From Podarcis melisellensis (lineage: Eukaryota): a DNA stretch of 64,000 bases. Positions 11,980-24,339 of the stretch are shown here, piece after piece. Below the pieces are notes generated by a model, which did no database searches, was not told the origin of the DNA, and saw only the letters and a program-made list of their open reading frames with translations. The DNA lies in assembly GCA_964234715.1 (NCBI GenBank), contig OZ174281.1; one strand, written 5' to 3'. How positions within the stretch are numbered: the stretch's first letter is position 1; each line of letters starts with the position of its first letter. The position numbers and the translations under genes are program-made.

Positions 11980-12810
11980 CAGTCTCTTTCTACAGCTGCA
12001 TTTTTTACTAATTAGTGGTAATACCAGCATTTGTTACCTTGGTACAGCATTTCAGCTTCTAGCAAATCTGTGCATGTTGATGTCATGTTACTTGAAAGCC
12101 TGCATGCCTCGTATATATACACACATTGCATATAGAGGAACAGCACCCTTATTCTTTAACTCTGGAATTTGGAGGCGTCTATACTGTCTAATGCTTTGAC
12201 GCAGGAAAAGGTTCTTAAGAACCTGCATGTGTGGGCCACTAATGAGGCCCACCTTCTGTTCTTTGGTAAATCTCTTTTGAGTAAGTGGAATACTGTTAGA
12301 AGAACTGTTGCATCTTGGCCCCAGAGTTTTTTTGGAAGTAGGTGAAGCTCTGAACAACCAGTCCTCCAGTATGGCAGTTCTTGCCTATCAGTGTAGAAAT
12401 ACAGTCCCATCACTGCTTGGACAGAAGGGTTCTTGTTTAAAAGAAAGCAGTTTATGAAGTCACAATTAGAACATTTGCGCCTGTTTCCTTGGTCCTTGTT
12501 GGTTTTTGCTTTTGAGGCAGCTTAAAATCCGTGCAAAAAGAATGCAAAAAGAAGAAACTGGTTTTCAAAAGTGCCAGCTATTAAGCTTTATTGTCGCTCA
12601 GCGCATTTTGGAACTGTCATTCCTCCCTCTTGGTGCCTGAGAGGCAGCTGCATTTATGTAAGTTGCTTCAGAAACTCCAAGATTGATCCTGAAGAAGGAA
12701 CTTCTGTTCTGAAACACGTTGTACTATCATAAACTTCAGCAGTTGGCACTTGTGAGAATTGGGTTCTACTTTTTCTCTTCTTTGCATTATTTCTAGTGTC
12801 TGGGCCTCCC

Positions 12811-12883
12811 TTTGTTTAGTCGTTTAGTCATGCCCAACTCTTCGTGACCCCATGGACCAGAGCATGCCAGGCACTCCTGTCTT
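12811..12883 (-). mobile_element. RTE/BovB LINE extreme 3' fragment
   Basis: TTGTTTAGTCGTTTAGTCATGCCCAACTCTTCGTGACCCCATGGACCAGAGCA matches the recalled BovB 3' terminus in reverse orientation. Confidence 0.7.
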
Positions 12884-14801
12884 ACTTTATTTTAATAAGG
12901 CAGGAATCATGCAAAACCTTTTGGCTGCACATTTTTGTTATGAGCACGAGCCTCACTCTCCTCTCCCTGCATTTTGTGAGGGGAGGTTAGAAGTGTTCAC
13001 TTGCAGTTTTGCCCCAACATGGCCAACTGTGGTTTACTTGTTTGCAAAACCAGGATTGGATCCTGGATGTGGGGGAACATGAATTGCACATATCAGTTTG
13101 TTTTCTGATCCTGTTATGGCAAACTACAATTTGTTGCAGACTAGAAGTTGAAATAGCTTCTCTTCCTTCACATGTAAATGGGGAACACGGGGAAATATAT
13201 GAACAACAAACCATGATTCATTTTTTCACATCTAAAATCCAGGCTTTTATCTAAACATACACTAATATATAAATAATTTTGCTATAACAAAGCAGATGTT
13301 TTTGTCTAAATGCATTGTTTTAAGAGGCATTGCTAGCATCTGTTTGACTTGCGAGGAACCTCAGTGACCACCTTTTTCGTTCCTTGAGCTTGACTGCCAA
13401 GCTTGGAAACCCTCAATTTTCATTTGCGGAATACAGTTACCAAACATGCCTTAGTGTTGTATAATACTTAACTACTCCCAATTTTGGAGTGTGTGTATAT
13501 ATTACAAAAAAAAAAAAAATAGTAAACTCTCACTGTATGTTTTCAGTTTTACCATTAAGCCTGTGAAATGTTTCAGAGTTTAAAATTTTATGCTCTCAAT
13601 CGTTTGTTAAGTAGTAACCACTGAAATTATGTCCAGTTCTTAACTCTCATTCTGTATGTTCAGTGTGCTACCACCATGTACGTAAATATATTAAAAGGTG
13701 CATGCTTTAATTGGAAATATGCTTGCTCAAGTCATATACTAATATGCTGTTTTATTGTACAACAGAAACTCAGTAAACCAATCCTCTGTCAGATTGTTTT
13801 TGCTAGTTCCGTGCATGTTAAAAAGAACCCCGGTCTTTTTGGTCCAACATTTTGTTTTTAAAGGCTTGCCAGATGTCTATGGGAAGCAAATAAGTAAGTC
13901 ATCAGCCCAATAGACCACTCTAACTAAGGTCATTTCAAACTCAACAAAATCGTGCAATGTGCTCAGTTACTATATAAACGAATGACTAGTCCTCCCAAGG
14001 AACGCTGGCCAGACTGGATCAAACTTGACATCTGCTCAATTATGTCACATGCAGCTGTATATATTGTTGTTCCTGAAATAATTACTGGCATGGCGGAGTC
14101 TGATGGGGACTTTTCCCATTCAGATCATGGTGAGTGGGTGGAAAGATAAGCCTCCTCTCCCTACTGGTTGCCTTCCCAGTAAGAATCTGTCTCCCTGTGA
14201 ATGTAATATTTGAGATGCATACTACATATTAGGCAAATGTCTAGTTTGTTCCTAAAAAACCCACAGAGTTCCACCCTCTCCTTTAAAGAAGCTGCAACCT
14301 AGTTCACCCCACCAATGTGCTTAGAATCTACTCAAACCAAGCTGCCATTTCATTTCTTAGAATATGTTAAGATGTATGTGTGCTATACTTTAAGCCCCAA
14401 CACGTGTATTTAGTGTTATAGCATGGAGGTTTGTCGATCAAAAGCACTTGGTGCAATAATTCCTGTTAGTTCCTATCTCCCATAGCAATCCTGTGAATTT
14501 CTTCATTTGACATGTCATATGTCTGTTATTAGTGGGGCCCTTTTTATTCTTATCTAATGCTTTGATTTTTAAATCCAACTTGTGCAGTTTCTAATGCTCA
14601 GAACTTCATTCAGTTGAAGGATTGGGTTAAAGGTGGTTAGTTCTGACCCGAGGCCAGGAATGGAAAACACTTCAAACTGAATGGTGTTTTCAAAAGTAAC
14701 AAATAATTGAAGAAATTAAAATAATTCTGGCCAAGTGCTTTGGGTCATTTGCACACTACAGTCTTTTCTGCAGGAAATCATCCAGTAACAATTACTATAT
14801 A

Positions 14802-14994
14802 GTCCAGTAGCACCTTAGAGACCAACTAAGTTTGTTCTTGGTATGAGCTTTCTTGTGCATGCACATGAAAGCTCATACCAAGAACAAATTTAGTTGGTCT
14901 CTAAGGTGCTACTGGACAATTTTTTAATTTTTTTTTAATTTTTTATATATATTTCTACTGCGTCAGACCAACATGGCTACCTACCTGAATCTAG
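14802..14994 (+). mobile_element. Penelope-like retroelement remnant with inverted terminal repeat (116-bp palindrome)
   Basis: 14802-14917 is self-complementary. The right arm and tail (GAAAGCTCATAC...TTAGTTGGTCTCTAAGGTGCTACTGG...CAGACCAACA.GGCTACCTACCTG) match 20816-20919. Possible 8-bp target duplication AATTACTA (14790-14797, 14995-15002). Confidence 0.75.
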
Positions 14995-16582
14995 AATTAC
15001 TAGAATTGTTTGGAGAAAAACATGGTTGTGATATTCTTAGAAGCCCAGTATAAGATTACAGTGTAGATAAGCCCAAAGGCTGTTTCTTCAATCTATTGGT
15101 TCATTACACTTTTTATTTCAAAACTAAGGATGACTTCCAGTTAACTTGTTCCATCAGCACAAGGATTTTCACTTGCAGAAGGAAACCTCCCCCCTCTTCT
15201 TTCACTGTGCGTGCCCCATGCCCTCCCCAAATCTGCTTTATAGGGTTGGGGGTACAGCAGAACAGACTTAGGGGGGTGCCAGGGAAAGGAGAGGGGGTTA
15301 GTTCTGTTGTGCATATGGAAATCTGCACACTGACAGAGCAAGCTAGTTGCTTTGTCACAGTTTGTATATTTATGTTTCAAAGAAATTAGCTATAGTCCAG
15401 GTAATAAGAGGAGAGGCGGTTCTTGAACAAAGGTATCTTTTGATCACATGCTAAGTGGCCTTTTGCATCTGGCCAAGTGATTAGGCTCCTAGCCTGAAAA
15501 CTTATGGAGGCTCTCACTTTTTTGTTGAGTTTCTCTACTTGAGCTTACTGAGGTTTTCTCCTCAGTTCCACTAGTGCAAGCAATTTTAACTATGCATAAG
15601 AACTTACCCTACCTGCACACCCTCTAAATCTGCCCTGAAGGGTTGAGGGCAAACTCAAAAAATATTTAGAGGGTGTGAAGGTTGAAGCAGTTCCATTGTG
15701 CAGCCAGGAGTGCTTGCACTGGTGCAACTATTGAGTTGAATACTTCCCAGCATGTGTTTCAAGCTCTTCTTATTTAGGTTTGCCTTCTGTCGCTGGGGTG
15801 TAGCTGGTCTTTAGGCCCAGTTAAACTGAATTCTTGCAAAAGCGGTGCTCTTGCTTCCCACGTGGCTCTGTACTGAGCATCAGTGATGGTAACTTAGTGT
15901 TTCATGATAGAGAGTAAACAGGATGGGAAAGAAACCGTAAACTATAAGTTCATTAATAACGTTCATTAGGACTTGTAACAACTTTTCCATTGCTAGGATG
16001 AAGCGGAAGAAATTGAAGGGGGGGAAATATTATTGGTGGGAGAAGGGCTAGTATTAGGCCTCATGTCTGTTCTGTTGCAATCTTACCATGGTAATGGAGG
16101 AAGCCACAGAAATGTGATAGAAAAAATTTCAGGTTGTTCAGAGGCATGCTAGGGATAAGAAGCAAATGATGCTTTGCACTTTGGAAAAAGTGAGTAGTCA
16201 AAACTCTCTCTAGCACTGATCCAAGTGCAACAGTCTCTTGTAATTGTGCCTTGCTAGACAGATCTAGCATTTGTACTCTGCAAAAGAGCTAGCTTGTAGT
16301 CTTGTAACTTTGTTGGCCTATTATTACTAAGAAAAATGTATTGTCTAAGCAGATCACCCTTCAATTTAAGGTCTTCTTGTTACAGAAGCAAAGGTGGATT
16401 AGAATGAAATAATCTCGTCGTACAAATTCAGTGGCACAATTCATTATGATACATTCATAATTCAGAAGACAACAAAGCAGTTTGCTTTGGAAGATCTTTT
16501 GGTGTCTGACAGAGGAAAGATTTAGAAGTTTAACATCAATGTATCTGGTCAATCCACTTAGCTCTTGTGCCTTCTTTAACAG

Positions 16583-16675
16583 GGTCGAGAAGCCTTGGAA
16601 TGGGTGATTGGCGAACTAACTTCGACGCGAGAGAGCATGAAGTCCGCAATGGCAGCAGCTTCAGCGGAGGACTGA
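16583..16675 (+). CDS. PRELID3A: PRELID3A alternative last coding exon, form B (GREALEWVIGELTSTRESMKSAMAAASAED*)
   Basis: cttctttaacag acceptor, phase 0, TGA stop. Resembles the PRELID3B/SLMO2-type C-terminus (GREAMEWVI...MAAA, recalled). Would give a 185-aa protein. CpGs are retained in a CpG-poor background. Confidence 0.8.
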   Translation, partial: GREALEWVIGELTSTRESMKSAMAAASAED

Positions 16676-19600
16676 TGGAACTGTGACAGAACTTTATTTT
16701 TCCATTATATTTTCTCCTTGCCAGGATGGATATTCCATTGTTTTTTATTTAGAAATATATATGTTTATATAATGAAATTTTACAGGTCAGAAGCAATCCC
16801 CCCTCCCCCCCCGCACCAATTTTTAAGCCTTTGTAGGGCCCTCTATTTGTCCACAGTGTAAGTTAACAGGTTTTTTGTTTTTTTTTTGGCTTTCCCGTGG
16901 CCTCTAGTTACAAGTGCCCAAATTTGATAGAGTATAGTGACCTTAAATCCTACTGAGGTTAAATGGATGTGGAACTGGCAGAGCAGATTGAAGATCGACA
17001 TCTACATAAGTACCAAACTGTGCCTTGATCAGAGCTGAGAGAATAGACTTCCCATCTTATATAACCATTTTCTTGTACTTGAAATTTATTTATTTATTTC
17101 TTTAAAAGTGCAGCTGCCGTTCTTATTCTGTAAACGACAAATAGGTACAGAAAGCACTGGGGATCTCTCTCTCTCTCTCTACAGGCTAGATAAGTATAGT
17201 GAGGAGGTGAAATGTGATGGCACAGGAGGTTGACTGACACCTGATGTGATCGTCTATGTGGTTCTGCAACACAACCTTCCTTTTACTTAGTGGAGCCTGA
17301 AAGAAGATCTGAACAACCTTCCCTAAAATGAAGGTTGGTGTGCAACAAAGTTCCATGGTGGATTGTGCCCTTTGTTGGAGGCTGGAGATCTCCTCCTGAG
17401 ACTTTGGATTTGTGGATATTAATTCTTCTTTGCACTGTTCAAATGCAGATTCTGAACAAGGTGTTCTAGCATGTTACCTCCTAGTATTTATACTGAAACC
17501 ACTGAGAGCAGCCATTTTGTTGTGGTAAAAATGGCTTGTCAATTTTTGTTTTTATTTTTCAGTAGCTAGTTTATTTCCATATATGTGAATATACCCTCTT
17601 CACTTATTATGTGAAGACAATTGATACCTCAGTGGGAAGTACTAGGAAACTTATTTTCTATATGTAATGGGCATATGTTTGGAGTACTTAGCTGTGTAAT
17701 TCATTTCTTTTAGCAATGGATACAAGACCATAAAGAATATTTATGGCCCACCCCCACATTTCACACCCATCTTCTGGCACTCTGTTTAGCAGTTCCAGGG
17801 AGGAGACTGTTTCATAGTGGTAGGGGGAATGTGATGTTGTGAAGCACAACCACCTCTCCCACCAAGCCAACAGCTTTCATCATTGAGCCAGTTCAAACTC
17901 CATTTCTGACCTCTGATTTCAATGGAATTTTCTTCTGTACAACATCTAGAAGTAATTCTATTGAAGCCGATACGGAGAGAGCACTTGCTTAAAACTAGGT
18001 TATGATGGTAGTAGCCCTAGATGTTCCACATAGAAGATTAGAGAAAAAAGAAGAGTGAATAGCAAGCTTTTCAATGGAATTATTTTGAATTGTTACTGGA
18101 GCCTTTTTTGCTCCCTGCCTGCCTGTCCCCCCTGCCCTCACCAGCCTGAATAACCCACGCATTAACAGTTTTTAAGCCCTGGCAGAAAAAGAGCTTTTTT
18201 TAATATGACCAAAGCATTTTTCTTCCGTTTCAATATACTTTGTACAAAGAATAGTTGGATTACAAAGAGCCTGCCTTCTGTGAAGGGTATCAGGCCCGTC
18301 ATGGGAGAGGTGGTGTGGCTGAGGCAGAGAAGTTCAGCATTCTAGCCCATATGTGTGTTCATTTCAAGAAGTGGACCAGTTAACCAAAGTCACCAGCTTT
18401 CATATGGAATCCTTCACCCCACTTCCTTTATTTTGTGTGAAGGTAAACTTGTCCGTGCTTATTCATGTGCACTTCTTTCTTCTGTCTTCTATAGAATCGT
18501 GGTTGTTTCCTTTAATAGTCCTACTCCTGTCTCCTAAAGGCGATTAGCCACACTGTTTCTTACCTTTGCTCTTTCTTGTTCCTTCCACGGATCTTGGCTG
18601 ATGGAACTCTCATATGACTGCAGCTCCACAGACTGTCACTTGGTGTCTTGCTTGGTGCGATGTTGTCTCTTAAGGCTGTTCTCTTAGTTCCCTAGTGGAT
18701 CTTGGAGCCCACAAACCTCCGGGCAGGCAAGCTTGGCACTATTGCTTTTATATTGTTTGCTTACCAAATAATGACCACAGTCTTACATTTTCCTGGCTAA
18801 CACATATTTATTAGATATTTAACATGGCACAGGAATATGGGCTCCTTTGGGAGGAAGAGCAGGCTAGAATCTAATAATAAAATCATGGAAAATAAAAATA
18901 CGTTGCATTTTCACTCCTTAGCATGTGAAAATAGAGCATGTGCTCTTTCGATCATGGCTGCCACTACCCTTGCTTCTTGCCCCTTCACATCTTCAGTTAA
19001 AGCACTCCATGCTTTTCCTTTGTCCTTGAAGGCCCCAGCATTCTCTGTTCTAGGTGACTGGAAATCAAACCTTTTTATATCTAGTAGCTTATCTACCTTC
19101 CTGAAACTTACCAAAACCTCACCTGTAGGGTTTTTTCCTTTTGTTCTCTCTTGCTGTACCATCTTCTGCCCCTGAACATTCCAAATAACCCACCCTTGAA
19201 GCTTTATAAAATCAAAAATACATAAGCTGAGAGAATCTGCATCGCTTCCCACACAAGTATTGGCTGAGTGGGACAGTACACAAAGGGATGGGGGGGGGCA
19301 ACGTTTAGGACTTTGCCCATTCAGCCTTTTCCTTCACCCTGCAAGGTCAGGATTTGCTTCACTTTAGGAAGAAGCTATTCTTCCAGTGACAGCACCTTTC
19401 TGAATAGGACTCTGAAGAGAGCATTTTAAAACTTGTTTCCAGGCTCTGTCTCACAACTGTTACATTCAGTGAGAAAATTGCCATGCATGCCATGTGTCAT
19501 TCCAGGGTAAGGAGAGTCTCTAGCTACTAAATCTCTTCCTGTCTCGTGGTTATTTGAAGGAAAGACAGTAGTTTTCAACAGATAGCAGTAGCCTTAACTG

Positions 19601-20790
19601 ATACCTAAAGTTCTGTTGGCCAGTTTCACTAACAAATACTGATATTTGTCTGGAGAACTGGGTGTTAGACAGTACACTGTCTCCTGCTGCACTTTTTGTT
19701 TCTATGTGCAAATAAAGGCAAAGCTTCTGTACTTCTAAGAATTATGTAGCACAGGGAGCTGAAGCATGTCAAGCACAGACGAGGAGAAAACTGCAATTGT
19801 TGAAACGGTATAGTGGTCCTGTCTTTCTTGGCATTTGGTCACAATTCTTTGTTTAATCCGAACTACCTTGATAATTCAAAAACCACTGCTTTTCATTATG
19901 TAAACAACCTTGATTAACACTGCTTTCATGCAGGTGCCATTCATGTGAAGGTGTGCTTGTGGGGAGGGGAGCGAATGCTTAATCAGCTGTGACTTGAAGG
20001 ATAATTGCATGCAGAAATGTTTCTCTTCCTGTATCTCTTGCCTTTTTCCACCTGCGTTTAGACTGTAAGCTCTTCCGAGCAGAGCATCTCTCTATCTGAA
20101 ATGTTAAATGCTATGGACATCTGGGGCTATATATAACATGACCTACTTAAAAATAGCAAACTGTCTTTTCTTTTTTTATATACAGTAAAACAAAAGACTG
20201 CTTTTGTGTTAACTGCCAAATGGGATGATCATGCAGTACACAACTGAGTCACAAACACTAAAAATAGCACAAGGGAGGCCTGTAGGTGCCGCCCTGGAAT
20301 TAACCAGCCCATCATCGCAGTTAAGAGGTTTTGGGAGAGTACCTTGGCAGTCATTAATTGTGGCTGAACTATTAATACAATGCTTTTATGTTATTGCCAC
20401 AGCTAGGGCACACAGAAAATTTAACCTCCTTTGTTACATTGGTACTGCTAAGATGTACCCTTTTAAAAAACAAAAGCTCAGCCTTCACTTCCTTTTCTCC
20501 CAGAATCCTACTAAATACAAGAGGTATTATTTTGCATAAACATGCAAAGGATTGTACTATGTATCTATTGAGAAAGCGGAGCTTGTACATTAGCTTCCTT
20601 AAAGAGTTATTGGGGATGGAGACATCAAATAACTGGAAGTACGATTTAGCAAAATAAGATGAGGGACCCGTCTTAATTGTGCAGCCATCAAGGTGGTGAT
20701 TGTAAATCTTGTGAAATCAATCAGTGAAACTTAATTCTAACCTTTGGGGGAAGTCCCATTCTCATGTGTTTACATAAATAGCGGAAAAGT

Positions 20791-20919
20791 CCTCTGAAGA
20801 AGTGTGCATGCACACGAAAGCTCATACGAATAACAAACTTAGTTGGTCTCTAAGGTGCTACTGGAAGGATTTTTTTTATTTTGTTTCGACTACGGCAGAC
20901 CAACACGGCTACCTACCTG
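20791..20919 (+). mobile_element. 5'-truncated Penelope-like element end with hammerhead ribozyme core
   Basis: Flanked by a 12-bp direct repeat TAGCGGAAAAGT (20779-20790, 20920-20931); contains CTGAAGA-A-GTGTGCATGCACAC-GAAAGCTC. Confidence 0.78.
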
Positions 20920-22058
20920 TAGCGGAAAAGTATGCAGTGGTACACACAATTTTATTTCTGCAATATTGAAAAACGTATTGATCTGATGAAGCAATGAAGA
21001 CATCAGCACAACTTTTAGAATAGGTTTTGTTTGTTTTTTAATTTGTAATGCATAAACTGCATATCAGTATTACATAACAGGAAAACAAGCAAATGGCTAC
21101 CCTGGTGCATCAGAAGCCATATAAAAACATGCACAGTGACATCACATAGGAGGAATTGAAGAACTAACTTTATCTTGTGCTTCTAGTTGTTTTTCTTAAA
21201 GGTATGCTGTTCCTCAACCCTGCAACTATACATAATTAAGAGGATTTTGATGGATGCAAATTTGACTGAGAATTTTGCTTTCTAATATATAAGGTTACAC
21301 AACTGAGATTTGAAACTTATGCCTAAAGGAAGTCATAAAATGGGATTTAAAGGATATTGAGTTTTCTTAGCCTAGTATGCTGATAGAATTTAGTTATTAA
21401 ACGAAGCAATAAGATGAGCACGTTTTTTAGAGAATCTGTAAGTTATTTCTCCTGCCAAATATATTTCAGCTTAGTTTTACCTTTCACTATTTTTACTCCC
21501 ACTCTTCTCTCAAGGAGCTCAAGCTGGCAGGGCTGGGTGGCTTAATTTATCCTGATGACAGCCCTGTAAGCAGGTAAGACTTTTTAAAAGACTGGTGTAC
21601 CCAGGGTCACACATTATGACGGAGAAGGAATTTGAACATGCATCTCCGAATGGTTGGTGGGTAGCTTGTAAGTTGCTTTGGGTTGCCTTGGGCAAGATAA
21701 AGTGACTGACGAATTTAATTCATTAATAATAATATCCATTCACATGATGTTTGTAAATTAATTTACCCGCATACACACCACAAAAATGAACACGTGTTGC
21801 TTGTTGATTTAGAGGCCATATAGTAGACCTTCTTTTGCCACCCCTGCTTCTTACCATAAACTCACAAGTGCAGAGCTCTATCCTTAGTTCTCTGCTTGCT
21901 TTCTAAAGCCAGCTAACTAGGAGTTGGCAACATAGCTGAAGACAGGTGTGGGAATTGAAAGCAGCATTCCGCTTCCTTCCCTGGGGCAATTGGTCCTTAA
22001 CAAGGGAGACCTAGGTTTAACTACTGCTTTCACACTTGCAGTGCAGGATCGGTAAAAA

Positions 22059-22087
22059 CAACCAACCAACCAACCAACCAACCAACC
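22059..22087. repeat. (AACC)n microsatellite
   Basis: Directly visible. Confidence 0.95.
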
Positions 22088-23127
22088 ACTAACTGTTGAG
22101 GTAGTATGTTTTTTATGTTTATCTCTTTATACTACTTGGCTTTTTGTTGTCTGTGGTTTCTTTTTGTCTGCTGCTTAGATTTTTAAATCAGCAGTTTTAA
22201 ATAAATTTAAAAGTACCGATTATAGCAGCCACCACCAACTTTATTGTATAAACTTTGTTCTGTAGGTACTCCGTTGATGGATAGTGCTGTCTAAAAAAAG
22301 CCTGTCAAGACATTTGATATTACTTTAGCAGAGATACTTCACATATCTTTAATATGTACCCTTCTATGGACACACTTTGTTAGCAAGTGCAGTTCTCTAC
22401 ATGCGCGTTTTCCATTAATTCCGTGTCTCTTAGTATAGAATGATGATCTCTGATACTAGTTTAGAAACAGAAATCCAACCAATAGGGGAAAAGTCATAGC
22501 ACAGGAATACTGCAATACTAAATTCTGTCAGCCATAGCAACTTATTGCTACAGAGCCTTTCTACCAAGAAGCATTCAGCATTTTAAGTCTTTGTAAGTGC
22601 AAATCTAGCTGGAATTCCACAAGGGTGCTTGTATAGTCATTATACTCTTAGTGGCTTTTGAACAATATTTATTTATTTAGTCTTTTTAATAGCAAAAAGA
22701 TAAATGGGTTCTCTATATTATAATTCAGAAAGATGTCATTTAAAAACAGTAAACTAAACTGCCAGGTATGTTCTTCTTTGGCACACATCAGATTGTAGCA
22801 ATATTAATTACAAGCTACTTTTGCCTGCATGATAAATTTTATATCCAATTTTGTAAGACCTACCGATCAATTGTATTCTAAAAACTGAAAAGTACTTAAG
22901 CTGGTGCTTTTAGAATCGGTGGTGTGGAGGACCTCACCTCCTGCCCAAGTGATGGCTAGATTTGCATGCAAGTTGTAACACCTTATAATGGGTATTTTCC
23001 CCCTGCTTAGAATTTTCCTTAGCATGGCATTACATCATGCTCATTCCAGAATATCACTTTGTGTTAGCTTAAGCCAAGATACACTTTTTAAATGGGTACT
23101 ATAAATCAGGTGATCAACCCCCCCCCA

Positions 23128-23192
23128 ACCAACCAACCAAATAAATAAATAAATACATACATACATACATACATACATACATACATACATAC
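23128..23192. repeat. Compound (AACC)n(AAAT)n(ACAT)n microsatellite
   Basis: Directly visible. Confidence 0.95.
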
Positions 23193-24339
23193 CAGCAATG
23201 TAAAATTAGTTACATGGTCCTTTGGGTCCAAGTGTGGTCAATGCCATCTTGGGGGGAAAACATCCACCATGTACGAAACAATATGCAAATTCAATCCTTC
23301 AGGAGTCAAATTGGGTGTCACAGATAAAAATTTCTTCAAAAATTACGCAATACAAATACCAGGTAATTTGGAGTAGAGTTACATATATATTGCAAATGAC
23401 AGAATGTCGTTTGAATTTGCTAACATCATGTAACCTTCAAATTACTAAAACAAAACAAAACAAAAAAACCCAACCACCAAGTATTTGAACGTGAACTAAA
23501 GTTATTTTTTGGAAGTAATCCTGAATGCATAAATAATATGCAACAGTATTCTTGATTATCTCATAAACAAAAGATTAAGAGTGCAATCGTAAGCATGAGA
23601 GAATAAACACAGTAGGATGCACCATGTGAATATGCAGAAGATTGTGCTGTGCAGTTTGCATCTAGAGTATTTAAAATTTCTTATTCTATAAGCCACAGTA
23701 GCTTCTGCTTTTCCACAGCAACGGACACAGTCAATAAGTTGCCTGATATTCTAAAAATCTTGCATTTGGTTTCCAGTGCAACTGCAATCTTTTAACTGGT
23801 GAGGGGAGGGGGGAGAGCACTTGTTCTTACTCTTCAAGGCAGAGAAAGAGTTGTGGAAATTGCGGAGGTGAGGGAGGGAAAGATGGTTTACAATTAAAAT
23901 ACTTGTGCTCTTAGAATTCCAAAATTGTGCTAACAAGTACCCACACGTGATGCCATCGCTTGCCGAATACCTGCTTGGTGTGTCAGCATTTCACAAATGA
24001 AAATGTGAAACCATGCGTTATTAAAAGGGAACCTCGTTTGACTCGCTTCGCGTGCAGTAATCACAGAACTTTTTATTAATAGGGATAGGCAGAACAAAAG
24101 GGGGTGGGGAAGAGGGGTGATAAGTTTGAATTAATTTGTTATTGAATATGCTTCCTTTGGTAGAAAGGCCAAATTAATTTATTTTCTGACAGAATTTACA
24201 CAATTAATGTAAATGTAGTAGTTGCAGAGACTAAGGATTCAGCACAAATGACATGTAATTAGAAATGCAGCTTGAGGTACAGAAATGTTTTTGGGAAAGT
24301 TTTTTAAACTTCGGTTTGTGAATCTTGTGCCAATTAAAT

